Of a stretch of DNA of 64,000 bases, positions 36,401 to 49,738 are shown piece by piece (position 1 is the stretch's first letter; each line of letters begins with the position of its first letter). The notes under the pieces are model-generated. The model ran no database searches. It worked only from the letters and a program-made list of their open reading frames with translations, and was not told the DNA's origin. The stretch spans positions 8,303 through 72,302 of the forward strand of contig JBKJLC010000178.1 of the NCBI GenBank assembly GCA_046597055.1, in the 5' to 3' direction. This DNA comes from Kofleriaceae bacterium (GTDB lineage Bacteria; Myxococcota_A; Polyangia; Haliangiales; Haliangiaceae). A program made the position numbers and the translations under genes.

Positions 36401-37255
36401 CGCGACTGCTTCCTCGGCGCGTCGATGCTGCGCTTCGACGCACCATCGATCGATAGCGGGCCCGATCTGCGCTGGCAGCGACGCATCTTCGAGCTCTACG
36501 GCCTGGCCGCCGCGCAGTACCTGGGAAAGATGAGCGAGGTCATCGAGATGGTGCCGCCACGGCTGCGCCTGGCGCTCGAGACTGGCGACGAGTACATCGC
36601 CAAGGCGCTTCGCGCCTGGCGCACGAACCTCATGTGGCTGGCGCTCGACGATGTCGACGAGGCCCAGCGGCAGGCGGAGGCCGGCGCGCCGCCGCCCGTG
36701 ACCGATACCTTCACCATCCAGCACTACTATCAGATGCTGACGCGCTGCCAGATCAACCTCTACCGTGGCGACGTCGAGCCGGCCTGGCAGCGCGCCGAAC
36801 AATCCTGGCTGGCGCTACGTCGCACGATGCACCTGCGCCTGCAAAGCGTGCGCGTCGAGGGCGCGTTCCTGCGCGCTCGCTGCGCGCTTGCCGGGGCTGC
36901 CGTCGCGACGACGCCCCGCGATAGCCGCGATCGCCTCGCGATCGCCCGCGCCGCCGGGAACGCGCTCGCGCGCGAGCCCGTCGCCTGGTCGCAGGCGTTG
37001 GCCACGCTCGTGCGCGCCACGCTCGAGCACCGAGCCGCTCGGCCAGAGGCGGCCTGCGCCCTGCTGGTCGAGGCCGCGACGCGCTGCGAGCAGGCGGGGC
37101 TCGGCCTGCACGCCGCGGTCGCGCGCCGCCGCCTGGCCGAGCTTCGCGGCGCCGACGCGATCGCGATCGCGCGCGAGGATGCGCACATGGTGCGCGCCGG
37201 CGTCCGCGCGCCTGCGCGCTTCGCCGGGCTCTACGCCCCGGGCTGGGGCGCCTGA
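33410..37255 (+). CDS. Ser/Thr kinase fused to AAA ATPase and helical-repeat region
   Basis: LGGGAMGTVY, VALK, HCDLKPSN, DFG, GTPAYMSPE; FVGR…GLSGMGKT Walker A; IDDLQWGD Walker B. Confidence 0.92.
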   Translation: MTAELSRVADIGGRFTERRQLGGGAMGTVYRVYDAERHAEVALKILRRVDGAALARFKREFRSLAGLVHPNLVTLYELGSVGDVWFLTMELVEGCDFLEHVRPYRQALAVESQQLDDHKPVSRTRSSTNAADSDRTTTMLTPEPGDPVSTVNRANLRAREAIVRARLDEPRLRASFAQLAQGLVALHDAGSLHCDLKPSNVLVSTQGRVLLCDFGLVADLRQESRSPEQEIAGTPAYMSPEQANGEPLGEATDWYSAGVMLYEALTGHRPFAGAPAAVLRAKLERAAAPVREIAPDAPADLAELCDALLARDPSARASRADVFTRRAAWGAHAHAVTTAGERDAVPFVGRQAQLVAIEQAFADARTGCVPVLLAGLSGMGKTSLARAFLERAQQDPRVLVLAGRCYQNESVPYKAIDALVDSLGSYLAGLPEPERQVVMRDEAHALARLFPVLARLEEGRPPGRDESGDSQQLRQRAFDGLTRILARIAQTRPTVLFIDDLQWGDLDSAAFLAGLAQARAAAPVLLLVTYRTDEQATSPLLRALLDSDSVTCILSQARTIAVDSLADDEARALATSIVRDQGRSASSLDAILRESRGHPLFLSELARAVGAAREPHDDRPVALDALLQDRVRALPAEARALMMTTALVGRPMPVSLLAQAAELQDEPAAAAVLLAQHLVRSRRREGIEQFEPYHDRIREASIALLSADEARAYHARIASVLEREPDGDPLPLAEHWLAAGELQRAGVYVAEAAARAERALAFSSAARLHRLHLELVEGLDDDRRRIVQVKLADALSNAGALVEAADAFRAAADGAPTGVAINLRARAAGELIRSGKLDEGLALAQAVLQEVGLKLPKGRVRILAGLLLRRAWVAVRGLRFHDVPPEDWSEHVAHRIDACQAVAGGLSTVLPVHGAYFHARQLLWARRLGDPRRFALALNLEVGFRSLAGARSRPAVVRIVAQATKLGERAGGPVVAGFAVGGNGLSAFLAGDFTTAFRDCFLGASMLRFDAPSIDSGPDLRWQRRIFELYGLAAAQYLGKMSEVIEMVPPRLRLALETGDEYIAKALRAWRTNLMWLALDDVDEAQRQAEAGAPPPVTDTFTIQHYYQMLTRCQINLYRGDVEPAWQRAEQSWLALRRTMHLRLQSVRVEGAFLRARCALAGAAVATTPRDSRDRLAIARAAGNALAREPVAWSQALATLVRATLEHRAARPEAACALLVEAATRCEQAGLGLHAAVARRRLAELRGADAIAIAREDAHMVRAGVRAPARFAGLYAPGWGA

Positions 37256-37349
37256 GCCACGCCGGTCACCCGGGTTCTGTCATCGTGATCGTCCTCCGCC
37301 GACCCTCAGGGCCGATAGAGCCCGCCGGCGCCGGACGTGAACGTCCGCG

Positions 37350-37937
37350 CTACTTGTAGCCGCGGCCGAGCAGCATCTTGGCCGACGCCGCGAAGCTGTC
37401 CGCGCCGGGCACGTCCCACGCGAACGCGTCCGCCATCCGGGTGATGACGTTGAACGCGTAGCCGACCATGAGCGCCTCGATCACGCCCTCGCGCGAGACC
37501 CCGGCCGCGAGCAGCGGCTTGAAGTCGGCCGCGGTCAGGCCGGCGTGGTCGCGCGTCACCTTGGTGAGGAGGCGCAGCGCCGCCTTCACCTTGTCGGGCA
37601 GGTCGGTCGCGTCCGGATCGACCAGCGCCGCCGCGACCTTGGCATCACCGAGCACCTTCGACGCGACCGCGCCGTGGGCCTTCGTTCAAAACTCGCACTC
37701 GTTCGTCTTCGACACCCACGCCGCGAACAGCTCGCGCTCGCCGATCGACCACTCCGACGGCCCCCGCATGACCTCCTGGAACATCACCTTCATCGGCGCG
37801 CCGAACAGCTCGCTCCGGTAGGTCAAGGTCCGGACCACGTCGGGCGCGCGGTGGCCGCTCACCACCCGGATCATCGCGAAGAACAGCTTGGCCTTGAGGC
37901 CGCGCCCGCGCTCGATCGACGGCACCCGCATCGCCAC
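37350..37937 (-). CDS. AhpD/carboxymuconolactone decarboxylase-like peroxidase-related protein, probable selenoprotein (in-frame UGA at 37686-37688)
   Basis: Two ORFs of the track join in frame across TGA: …ERELFAAWVSKTNECEF-U-TKAHGAVA…; matches the AhpD CxxC..H site; SD AGGAG 8 nt before GTG 37937. Confidence 0.85.
37651..37680 (-). promoter_or_regulatory. Candidate bacterial SECIS element
   Basis: Stem CGGCGC/GCGUCG with GGUC apical loop beginning 18 nt 3' of the UGA; extendable lower stem. Confidence 0.65.
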
Positions 37938-37938
37938 G

Positions 37939-38274
37939 TCAGGCGCTCCTCGTCGGCGCGCCGGCCGGTTCGGCCACCGCCTCGTCGAGCGCGCGCAGCG
38001 CGGCGTCGAACTGCCGGGTCGCCTTGCCGACCGCGGCCGCCACCGTGATCTCGAACAGGCCGTCGTCGTCGAGCCCGGCCTTGCGGACGTCGGTGACCAT
38101 GGCGTCGTGCACCTTGTACGCCGCCGTCTGCACGGTGGCGACGTACTCGGCGATCGCGCCGGATGCGCCCTGACCGTCGTACGCGCGCCGGCGGGTGTCG
38201 CGATCGAGCACGCCGTCGCGGTCGAGAATCGCCGCGCCGATCGCAGCGCGGATGGATGCGTAGCGGTCCCCCAT
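37939..38274 (-). CDS. Small AhpD-like helical partner protein (no Cys)
   Basis: AYKVHDAMV..VRKAGLDDDGLFEITVAAA parallels the C-terminal half of the downstream protein (LTAADF..LLAAGVSREGVIEALMV); stop 1 nt before the next start. Confidence 0.75.
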   Translation of the reverse strand: MGDRYASIRAAIGAAILDRDGVLDRDTRRRAYDGQGASGAIAEYVATVQTAAYKVHDAMVTDVRKAGLDDDGLFEITVAAAVGKATRQFDAALRALDEAVAEPAGAPTRSA

Positions 38275-38320
38275 CGCGCAAGGATGCCACAGGCGCGGCC
38301 CGCGCGGATCCCCGGCGTCG

Positions 38321-39904
38321 TCAGCGCGACTGCCGCGCGATGCTCTCGTGCGCGAGCTTCCGCACGAAGACCTCGATGTTCTTCTTCAGCGCTGGATTCT
38401 CGCAGTGCGGCAAGGCGCGCCGCCAGATCTCGACCGCGCGCGCGACGTGCCCCTTCTTGTAATAGAGGTACGCGAGCCGGGTCATCGCCGGGAAGTAGCG
38501 CGGCTCGAGCTCGACCACCGTCTCGTACTCGTCGATCGCCTCCTCGAGACGCTGGCTCTTCTGCAGCAGGTTGGCCAGCGCGAACCGGATCTTGATCGCG
38601 GTCGGATCCTGGGCGACCCCGTCGCGCAGGAGCCGGATCGCGCCATCGACGTCGCCGGCCTGGTAGCGCTCGATCGCCCGCGCGAAGCCATCGTCGGTGC
38701 GCGGGCGCGCCCGCCGTCGGCCCAGCAGCTCGCGCACGATCCGCAGGAGCCGCGCGGTGTCGAGCGGCTTGGCCGCGTAGCCGTCGGCGCCGTAGCGCTC
38801 GAGCACCTCGGCGGTGACCCGCCCCGAGTCGATCACCGCCGACATCAAGATGACGCCGACGCCGTCGAGCCGCGGGGTCCGCTTGATCGCGCGGCACAGC
38901 CGGAAGCCGTCGACCCCGGGCAGCAAGATGTCGGCGATCACCACGTCGGGCGCCATGTCGCGCAGGACCGAGATCGCGTCGGTGCCCGAGGCCGCGGTCG
39001 CGACCTCGTAGCCGCGCGGCTCGATCTCCTTCACCAGCAGGTGGCGGGTCGCGAAGTCGTCGTCGACGATCAGCAGCCGCGGCAGGCCGCCGGTGGCGGG
39101 CACCGGCCCGCGCTCGAGCAGACGCGACAGCTCGGCGACGTCGTCCTCGGGCGGCGCCACCTCCGGCGCGGTGTCGCGCCCGGGTGACGCGCCGGCCCCG
39201 GTCACCGGCCACAGCGGGTCGCCGCCCTCGCCGATCGACGGCGCGCGCGGCGCCAGGAACGCCCCCGGGCTCGGCAGCTCGTCCTCGGCCGTCTCGAGGA
39301 ACAGGTCGTCGACCTTGATCTCCTTGGTGACGTCCTCGATGACCGCCTGCTGGGCGCGGGCGCCGAGCTCGCCCTCGTCGAACGTGTCGTCGGGCGTCAC
39401 CAGCGCGACCCGCGGATGGCGAGTGGGCCCGTCGGCCGCGGCCTCGGGGCCGACCCAGCGCGCGTCGCCCCGTCCGCGCGCCGCGATCACGCCGCGGATC
39501 GTGCGCGCGACCGTCACCGCCAGCGCGACACACATCGTGACGTGCAGGCCACGTCGCGAGAACAGCGCCTCGGCGTGGCTGGCGACCTCGAGCGGCCGCG
39601 CCGCCGCCACGTACACCGTCCCGCCCTCGGCGCAGACCGGCAGCATCTGCATGCGGCGCAGCAGGTCAGGCGAGATCCCGTCGATCAGGCCGGCGTCGAT
39701 CACGCACTCGTCGAGCACGACCGCGGGCCGGCCGAACGCGACGGTCAGCGCCTCGGCCAGCGTCCGCTCGTTGGCGTAGCCGAGCATGTAACAGACCGAC
39801 GCGATCGGTAGCCGCTCCGACTGGCGCGCCAGCACGTCGGCCAGCGAGCTCGCGTCGTCCAGCACCCCCATGTCGAGGAGGAGCTTCCCGAGGAGCGCGG
39901 CCAC
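38321..39904 (-). CDS. MshEN/T2SSE_N-like domain + receiver domain + TPR protein
   Basis: LLGKLLLDMGVL…LADVLARQ; LLIVDDD…IADILLPGVDG…MSA…KP; C-terminal TPRs. Confidence 0.85.
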   Translation of the reverse strand: MAALLGKLLLDMGVLDDASSLADVLARQSERLPIASVCYMLGYANERTLAEALTVAFGRPAVVLDECVIDAGLIDGISPDLLRRMQMLPVCAEGGTVYVAAARPLEVASHAEALFSRRGLHVTMCVALAVTVARTIRGVIAARGRGDARWVGPEAAADGPTRHPRVALVTPDDTFDEGELGARAQQAVIEDVTKEIKVDDLFLETAEDELPSPGAFLAPRAPSIGEGGDPLWPVTGAGASPGRDTAPEVAPPEDDVAELSRLLERGPVPATGGLPRLLIVDDDFATRHLLVKEIEPRGYEVATAASGTDAISVLRDMAPDVVIADILLPGVDGFRLCRAIKRTPRLDGVGVILMSAVIDSGRVTAEVLERYGADGYAAKPLDTARLLRIVRELLGRRRARPRTDDGFARAIERYQAGDVDGAIRLLRDGVAQDPTAIKIRFALANLLQKSQRLEEAIDEYETVVELEPRYFPAMTRLAYLYYKKGHVARAVEIWRRALPHCENPALKKNIEVFVRKLAHESIARQSR

Positions 39905-40317
39905 GGTCCGAAGCTAACACACCGCACCTGAGGCGCCGGGCACGTGCTCGGCGCCGGTTCGGCTCCATGAGTGGATCGGCGGGCTCGATAAGGTCCCAGA
40001 ATCACGCCGGTTTTTCCGGTCCCGGTGACGACTCGAGCAGCCAGTCAAAACGCCACACGGCAGCGTCGCAGCCGGGCTGGCTGCAACGCGCCAGATCTGC
40101 TGTGCTATCCTGGCAAAATCCAATCTCGCTGCACGCTCTCGCCGCGCCACGCTGTCACAGCGGCCCTCGGCAGACGCAGGCGCAAGACGGACGCAACTGC
40201 GCGCAGGTTCTGAACCAATACTCGTCCTCTACGCGCAGCGTCACGCGGCACCACCCTTGCTTGATCAAATGCGATCGCGGAGACGAGATCCGCACCGCCA
40301 CTGGAGTGACCTACGAC

Positions 40318-40803
40318 ATGAGCGAATTCAAGATCGGCGACAAGGCTGTGTACCCCGCGCATGGCGTCGTCGAGGTGCAGGGGGTTGATACCAAGGAGAT
40401 CAACGGCTCCACGTGTGCTTTCTACGTGCTCCGCGTCCTCGAGAACCAGATGCAGATCATGGTTCCGAAGGCCAAGGCGGAGCAGGTCGGCCTTCGCGCC
40501 GTCGTGTCGATGCAGGAGGCCACCGAGGTGTTCGACGTGCTGCGCGATCAGGATGTCCACATCGACAAGCAGACCTGGAACCGCCGCTATCGCGGTTTCA
40601 TGGAGAAGATCAAGACCGGCTCGCTCTTCGATGTCGCCGAGGTCTATCGCGACCTGTTCCGGCTCAAGAGCACCAAGAGCCTGTCGTTCGGCGAGCGCCG
40701 CATGCTCGAGACCGCCCGGATGCTGATGGTGAAGGAGCTCGCGGTGGCCCGACGCTGGACCGAGGCGAAGGTCGAGCAGGAGCTCGAGAAGGCCTGCGGC
40801 TAA
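40318..40803 (+). CDS. carD: CarD/CdnL family RNA polymerase-binding transcription factor
   Basis: FKIGDKAVYPAHGV, GLRAV, WNRRYR, LSFGERRML; ~161 aa with no HMGA tail, so CdnL-type. Confidence 0.92.
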   Translation: MSEFKIGDKAVYPAHGVVEVQGVDTKEINGSTCAFYVLRVLENQMQIMVPKAKAEQVGLRAVVSMQEATEVFDVLRDQDVHIDKQTWNRRYRGFMEKIKTGSLFDVAEVYRDLFRLKSTKSLSFGERRMLETARMLMVKELAVARRWTEAKVEQELEKACG

Positions 40804-40925
40804 ATGACGCCGGGCGCCCGTGCCGCGCCCGCGTACTCGGTGACGTGCGGATAGTCCGAGAACCGGACAGCTGCACGTCGGGTTCTTGAAACCCTGAATC
40901 GGCGCGTGCTAGCGTGGCCGCGCGC

Positions 40926-41435
40926 ATGCAGGTTCACGTCGCCCGGGCCGAGCTCACAACCCTCCCGGTGGATGCCATCGTCAACCCGGCGAATTCGCTG
41001 GGAATCATGGGCGGTGGCACCTGCGGCCTCCTCCGTCGCGCCGGGGGCGACGTCATCCAGCAAGAGGCGATGGCAGCCGCCCCCATCGCGGTGGGTGCCG
41101 CGATCGTGACCGGCGCCGGCTCGCTGCCGTGTCGATTCGTGATCCACGCGCCGACGATGGAAGAGCCCGGGATGAAGATCCCGGCCGAGAACGTCCGCCG
41201 CGCCGCCCGCGCCGCGCTGATCGCGGCCGACGTCAAGCAGTTCAAGGTGATCGCGTTTCCCGGCATGGGCACCGACCTCGGTGACGTTCCCCTCGACGAG
41301 GCCGCCCGCGCCATCGTCGAGGAGATCCGCGCGCACAAGCGCGCCTGCCCCGAGACCGTCTACCTGGTCGACCCGTCCCCGGACATGGTCGACGCGTTCG
41401 AGGAAGCGCTGCGCAACGCCGTGCAGAACCTCTGA
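40926..41435 (+). CDS. Macro domain (ADP-ribose binding/hydrolase) protein
   Basis: VDAIVNPANS…GGG, FVIHAP, IAFPGMGT; upstream TTGAAA-18-TAGCGT. Confidence 0.9.
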   Translation: MQVHVARAELTTLPVDAIVNPANSLGIMGGGTCGLLRRAGGDVIQQEAMAAAPIAVGAAIVTGAGSLPCRFVIHAPTMEEPGMKIPAENVRRAARAALIAADVKQFKVIAFPGMGTDLGDVPLDEAARAIVEEIRAHKRACPETVYLVDPSPDMVDAFEEALRNAVQNL

Positions 41436-41453
41436 AACGCCCGGCTCGGCCGG

Positions 41454-41481
41454 TTGACGGCTCGAGTCGGACATCTATACT
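41454..41481 (+). promoter_or_regulatory. sigma70-type promoter of the nuo operon (TTGACG-16-TATACT)
   Basis: Near-consensus boxes; TTG start 9 nt after the -10 box. Confidence 0.65.
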
Positions 41482-41490
41482 CGCCCCGCT

Positions 41491-41874
41491 TTGCAGCTCC
41501 AGGCCTATCTGCCAGCCGGGCTGGCCATCCTTTGTACCCTCCTGTTTTGTGGGCTGTTCGTGGCCCTCGCGGTGTTCGTCGGCCCGAAGTCGGTGAACCC
41601 CGAAAAACTCAAGCCGTTCGAGTGCGGCTCCGAACCAATCGGGAGCCCCCGCGGTCGCTACTCCGTGAAGTTCTACCAGGTCGCGATCCTCTTCCTGGTG
41701 TTCGACATCGAGGCGGCGTTCATGTACCCGTGGGCCCAGCTGTATGCCAAGCTTTCGCTCACACCGGCCGGGACGGTGAGCATCTTCGGCTTCGTCGAGA
41801 TGCTCATGTTCGTCGCGATCCTTGTGGTCGCCCTGACCTACGTGTGGCGCAAGAAGGCCATCGGTTGGGACTGA
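41491..41874 (+). CDS. nuoA: NADH-quinone oxidoreductase subunit A
   Basis: PFECG, FY.VAILFLVFDIE, 3 TMs. Confidence 0.95.
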   Translation: MQLQAYLPAGLAILCTLLFCGLFVALAVFVGPKSVNPEKLKPFECGSEPIGSPRGRYSVKFYQVAILFLVFDIEAAFMYPWAQLYAKLSLTPAGTVSIFGFVEMLMFVAILVVALTYVWRKKAIGWD

Positions 41875-41908
41875 GTCCCCGCCGACGACAAACCCCCGGA
41901 GTACCACC

Positions 41909-42418
<510 letters not shown>

Positions 42419-42420
42419 GC

Positions 42421-42975
<555 letters not shown>

Positions 42976-43008
42976 GCGCCGCCCCCGAGCGACGGAAAAG
43001 AGTCAGAC

Positions 43009-44250
<1,242 letters not shown>

Positions 44251-44257
44251 GGCTGTC

Positions 44258-45904
<1,647 letters not shown>

Positions 45905-45922
45905 GCGAACCGAGCCAATACG

Positions 45923-47137
<1,215 letters not shown>

Positions 47138-47159
47138 CCGCGGGGACGGAGTAAGGACG

Positions 47160-47855
47160 ATGGCGACTACCCACGGTCACGCTCACGGGGATCATGACGA
47201 CGCCCACGCGTCCGCAGGGCCCAAGGTCCTCGCGGTCTCCAAGGTGAGCCCTCGGGTCCGGACGATCGCGGTCAAGCGTCCGACCGCCGAGGACGCGACC
47301 TACCTGGAGGCCACCCGCACCGGCCTCGGCATCACGCTAAAGCACTTCATGAAGAACCTGTTCGGTCGCCGCCGGTCGGTGGCGGCGCTGAACAGCGGTG
47401 GCGCGACCACGGGGCCGTTCCACAACGAGATCGAGACGATCCAGTATCCGGAAGAGAAGGTCGTCTATCCGGAGCGGTTCCGCGGCCTGCATCGCCTGAT
47501 GCAGCGCGACGACGGCACCGTGCGCTGCGTCGCGTGCATGTGCTGCCCGACCGTGTGCCCGGCCAACTGCATCACGATCATCCCCGAGGACGCGGGCGAC
47601 GGCACCGTCGAGAAGCGCCCGGCGGTGTTCGAGATCGACGAGCTGCGGTGCGTGGTCTGTGGGCTCTGCGTCGAGGCGTGTCCGTGCGATGCGATCCGCA
47701 TGGACTCCGGAGTCCACGCAGCGCCGGTCGAGTCGCGCGGCGAGGCGATCATGACGAAGGATCTGATGCTGGGCCTGTCGAAGAAGGTCGGGAAGAACCC
47801 GACGTCGACGGCAACGCAGGGCGGTGAAGGTCCCGACTGGCACGACCCGCACTGA
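47160..47855 (+). CDS. nuoI: NADH-quinone oxidoreductase subunit I
   Basis: TIQYPEE…RFRG.H; two CxxCxxCxxxCP motifs. Confidence 0.93.
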   Translation: MATTHGHAHGDHDDAHASAGPKVLAVSKVSPRVRTIAVKRPTAEDATYLEATRTGLGITLKHFMKNLFGRRRSVAALNSGGATTGPFHNEIETIQYPEEKVVYPERFRGLHRLMQRDDGTVRCVACMCCPTVCPANCITIIPEDAGDGTVEKRPAVFEIDELRCVVCGLCVEACPCDAIRMDSGVHAAPVESRGEAIMTKDLMLGLSKKVGKNPTSTATQGGEGPDWHDPH

Positions 47856-47976
47856 CGTCGCGCGTGGCGCGCGCATCGCGCGCTACACAACATCGTGCGG
47901 TCGACGCCGCGATCACGCACTTGGCGAGCCCGTCGGTGTCGTCGAGGACCTAACGCGCGCGCGTGAAGATTTTCGG

Positions 47977-48005
47977 TTGACGCTCGTGAACGAGGTGGCT
48001 AGGGT
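47977..48005 (+). promoter_or_regulatory. sigma70-type promoter of the ncRNA (TTGACG-17-TAGGGT)
   Basis: Canonical spacing; predicted +1 near 48012 coincides with the 5' end of the long stem. Confidence 0.7.
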
Positions 48006-48011
48006 TGATTC

Positions 48012-48191
48012 GAGTCCGGCGGTTCGATTCGATCAACGCGGCCCATTCTGTCTCTTACTCCGTCTATCCAGGGATCTGCCTCTGTCTCGGGAGTGCATGC
48101 CCGCACGTCGGGAAGCCCGATGAGGTACGTGGAGCCCACCTACCGCGAAGGTAGGGGATAGATAAGCCGTACGGTCGAGCCTGTCGGTCTC
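48012..48191 (+). ncRNA. ssrS: 6S RNA (SsrS)
   Basis: 180-nt rod: GAG-t-CCGGCGG/CTGTCGG-t-CTC, TTCGATC/GGTCGAG, GCGGC/GCCGT, TCTATCC/GGATAGA; apical GTGCATGCCCG…CGGGAAGCC and CCCACC plus short hairpin, as recalled for 6S RNAs. Confidence 0.75.
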
Positions 48192-48200
48192 ATCTTTTTA

Positions 48201-48235
48201 TGCGGGGGAGCCTTGGTGCTCCCCCGCAGCATTTT
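48201..48235 (+). terminator. Rho-independent terminator after the ncRNA
   Basis: 11-bp stem TGCGGGGGAGC/GCTCCCCCGCA, 6-nt loop, then GCATTTT. Confidence 0.75.
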
Positions 48236-48285
48236 CGGTACATCAGCACACGTTGGCGTCGGCGATCGCCCTGCTATCACGTTGT

Positions 48286-49683
48286 ATGGCTGAGCTGGTC
48301 TCACAGGTGCTGCTGGTCGTCACGGGTCTCACGCTGACCACCGGCGCGGTTGCCGCCGCGCCGGAGGTGTCCGACGTCGAGGAGCTGGTGCAGCCGGCGG
48401 CGCCCACCGCCGCCAGCTACCAGGACGACCAGGTGGTGAAGCGCAGCTATCTGATCCCGGCGATCGAGCTGGTCGTGTTCAACATCGGCGCAAACGCGGC
48501 GTCGCGGGTCGCGGGCATGGAGTGGGCGAACACGACCCCCGACACGATGTGGCGCAACCTGACGCACAAGTGGGTCTACGACAGCGACCTGTTCTCGGTG
48601 AACCAGCTCGCGCATCCCTACGGCGGCGCGATGTTGTACTCGGCGGCGCGCTCCAGCGGCCACGGCTTCTGGGTCTCGTCGGCCTACGGCTTCGTCGGCA
48701 GTCTCATATGGGAGACGTTCATGGAGTCGGAGCCGCCGTCGATCAACGATCAGATCACGACGTCGATCGCCGGCGCGTTCATGGGCGAGGCCTTGCACCG
48801 GTGGGGTCGCGCGGTGCGCGGGAGCAGCCCGCACCCGAGCCTCGGCCGCGAGATCTTGTCCGCGGTGATCGATCCGGCCGGCGCCGCCAACCGGGGCGTG
48901 TTCGGCGACAGCTGGCGGAAGGTCCCGCCGCCGCGGCTGCACGCGTTCATGGCGGCCGGCTACAACGCGCCGCTCGATGACACCTCGAGCGGCCCCTTCC
49001 ATGCCGAGCTAGCGGTCAGCCACGGCCTGCCCTCGGATCCGCTGTTCGTGCCGCGGGTACCGTTTCACCACTTCGACCTTCGCGGCCAGCTCAACGCGGG
49101 GACCGACGGGGCCACCGGCTACCTCGACGTGCGCGGCATGATGCTGGGCACCACGGCGGGCGCGGACCGTCGACGCGCGCTGTGGGGCGTGTTCGGCACC
49201 TACAGCTACTGGGACGCCGAGGGCGTGCGCGCCGGCGCGATCGGCGTCGGGCCCGGCATCGTGCTGCACCAGGCGATCGGCGCGCGCAGCTTCCTCGATG
49301 CTTCGGCCGTGGTGGCGCTGGTGCCCTGGGGCGCGGCGGGCGGCACCGGCGACGTCGAGGGCAGGCGCGATTATCACCACGGCCCCGGCGGCTCCGAGAT
49401 CCTCGAGGTGAAGCTCGGCCGCCGCGGCCTCGGCGTGGTCCGCCTCAGCGCCCGCGCGATCGAGATCAACGGCCGGCTCCGCGGTGACGCCAGCGAGAAC
49501 GTGATCGTGACGTCGGCCGGCGTGATGGCAGCGCTGGCGGAGCACCACGCGGTCGGGTTCGACATCGTGTACTCGGCGCGGCACGCGAACTTCGAGGACG
49601 CGGCGATGACCGCGACCGACCAGGCGGCGCAGGTCCGCGTCATGTACGCGGTGACGTCCGACAGCAGCTTCGGCGGCCGCTGA
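48286..49683 (+). CDS. DUF3943-like exported/outer-membrane protein
   Basis: Signal peptide; WVYDSD.F.VNQLAHPYGG..Y..AR…GSLIWE…E…PSINDQI motif; beta-rich C-terminus. Confidence 0.8.
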   Translation: MAELVSQVLLVVTGLTLTTGAVAAAPEVSDVEELVQPAAPTAASYQDDQVVKRSYLIPAIELVVFNIGANAASRVAGMEWANTTPDTMWRNLTHKWVYDSDLFSVNQLAHPYGGAMLYSAARSSGHGFWVSSAYGFVGSLIWETFMESEPPSINDQITTSIAGAFMGEALHRWGRAVRGSSPHPSLGREILSAVIDPAGAANRGVFGDSWRKVPPPRLHAFMAAGYNAPLDDTSSGPFHAELAVSHGLPSDPLFVPRVPFHHFDLRGQLNAGTDGATGYLDVRGMMLGTTAGADRRRALWGVFGTYSYWDAEGVRAGAIGVGPGIVLHQAIGARSFLDASAVVALVPWGAAGGTGDVEGRRDYHHGPGGSEILEVKLGRRGLGVVRLSARAIEINGRLRGDASENVIVTSAGVMAALAEHHAVGFDIVYSARHANFEDAAMTATDQAAQVRVMYAVTSDSSFGGR

Positions 49684-49738
49684 TCCGCGGCCCGGCACCC
49701 GCGCACCGGCCGTCCGGTCGCGGACCGCGTCTCCCTCT

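Noticed and set aside
37350..37937. Nonsense-mutated pseudogene or two separate small genes
   Set aside because: The stop is UGA exactly at the second catalytic Cys position, both halves are intact and in frame, and a SECIS-like hairpin follows.
47824..48123. 99-aa ORF after nuoI
   Set aside because: Overlaps the ncRNA and its promoter; atypical codon use.
48110..48160. Hammerhead ribozyme (CCGATGAG core-like)
   Set aside because: No GAAA/UH core in the right geometry; the end-to-end rod with promoter and terminator fits 6S RNA better.
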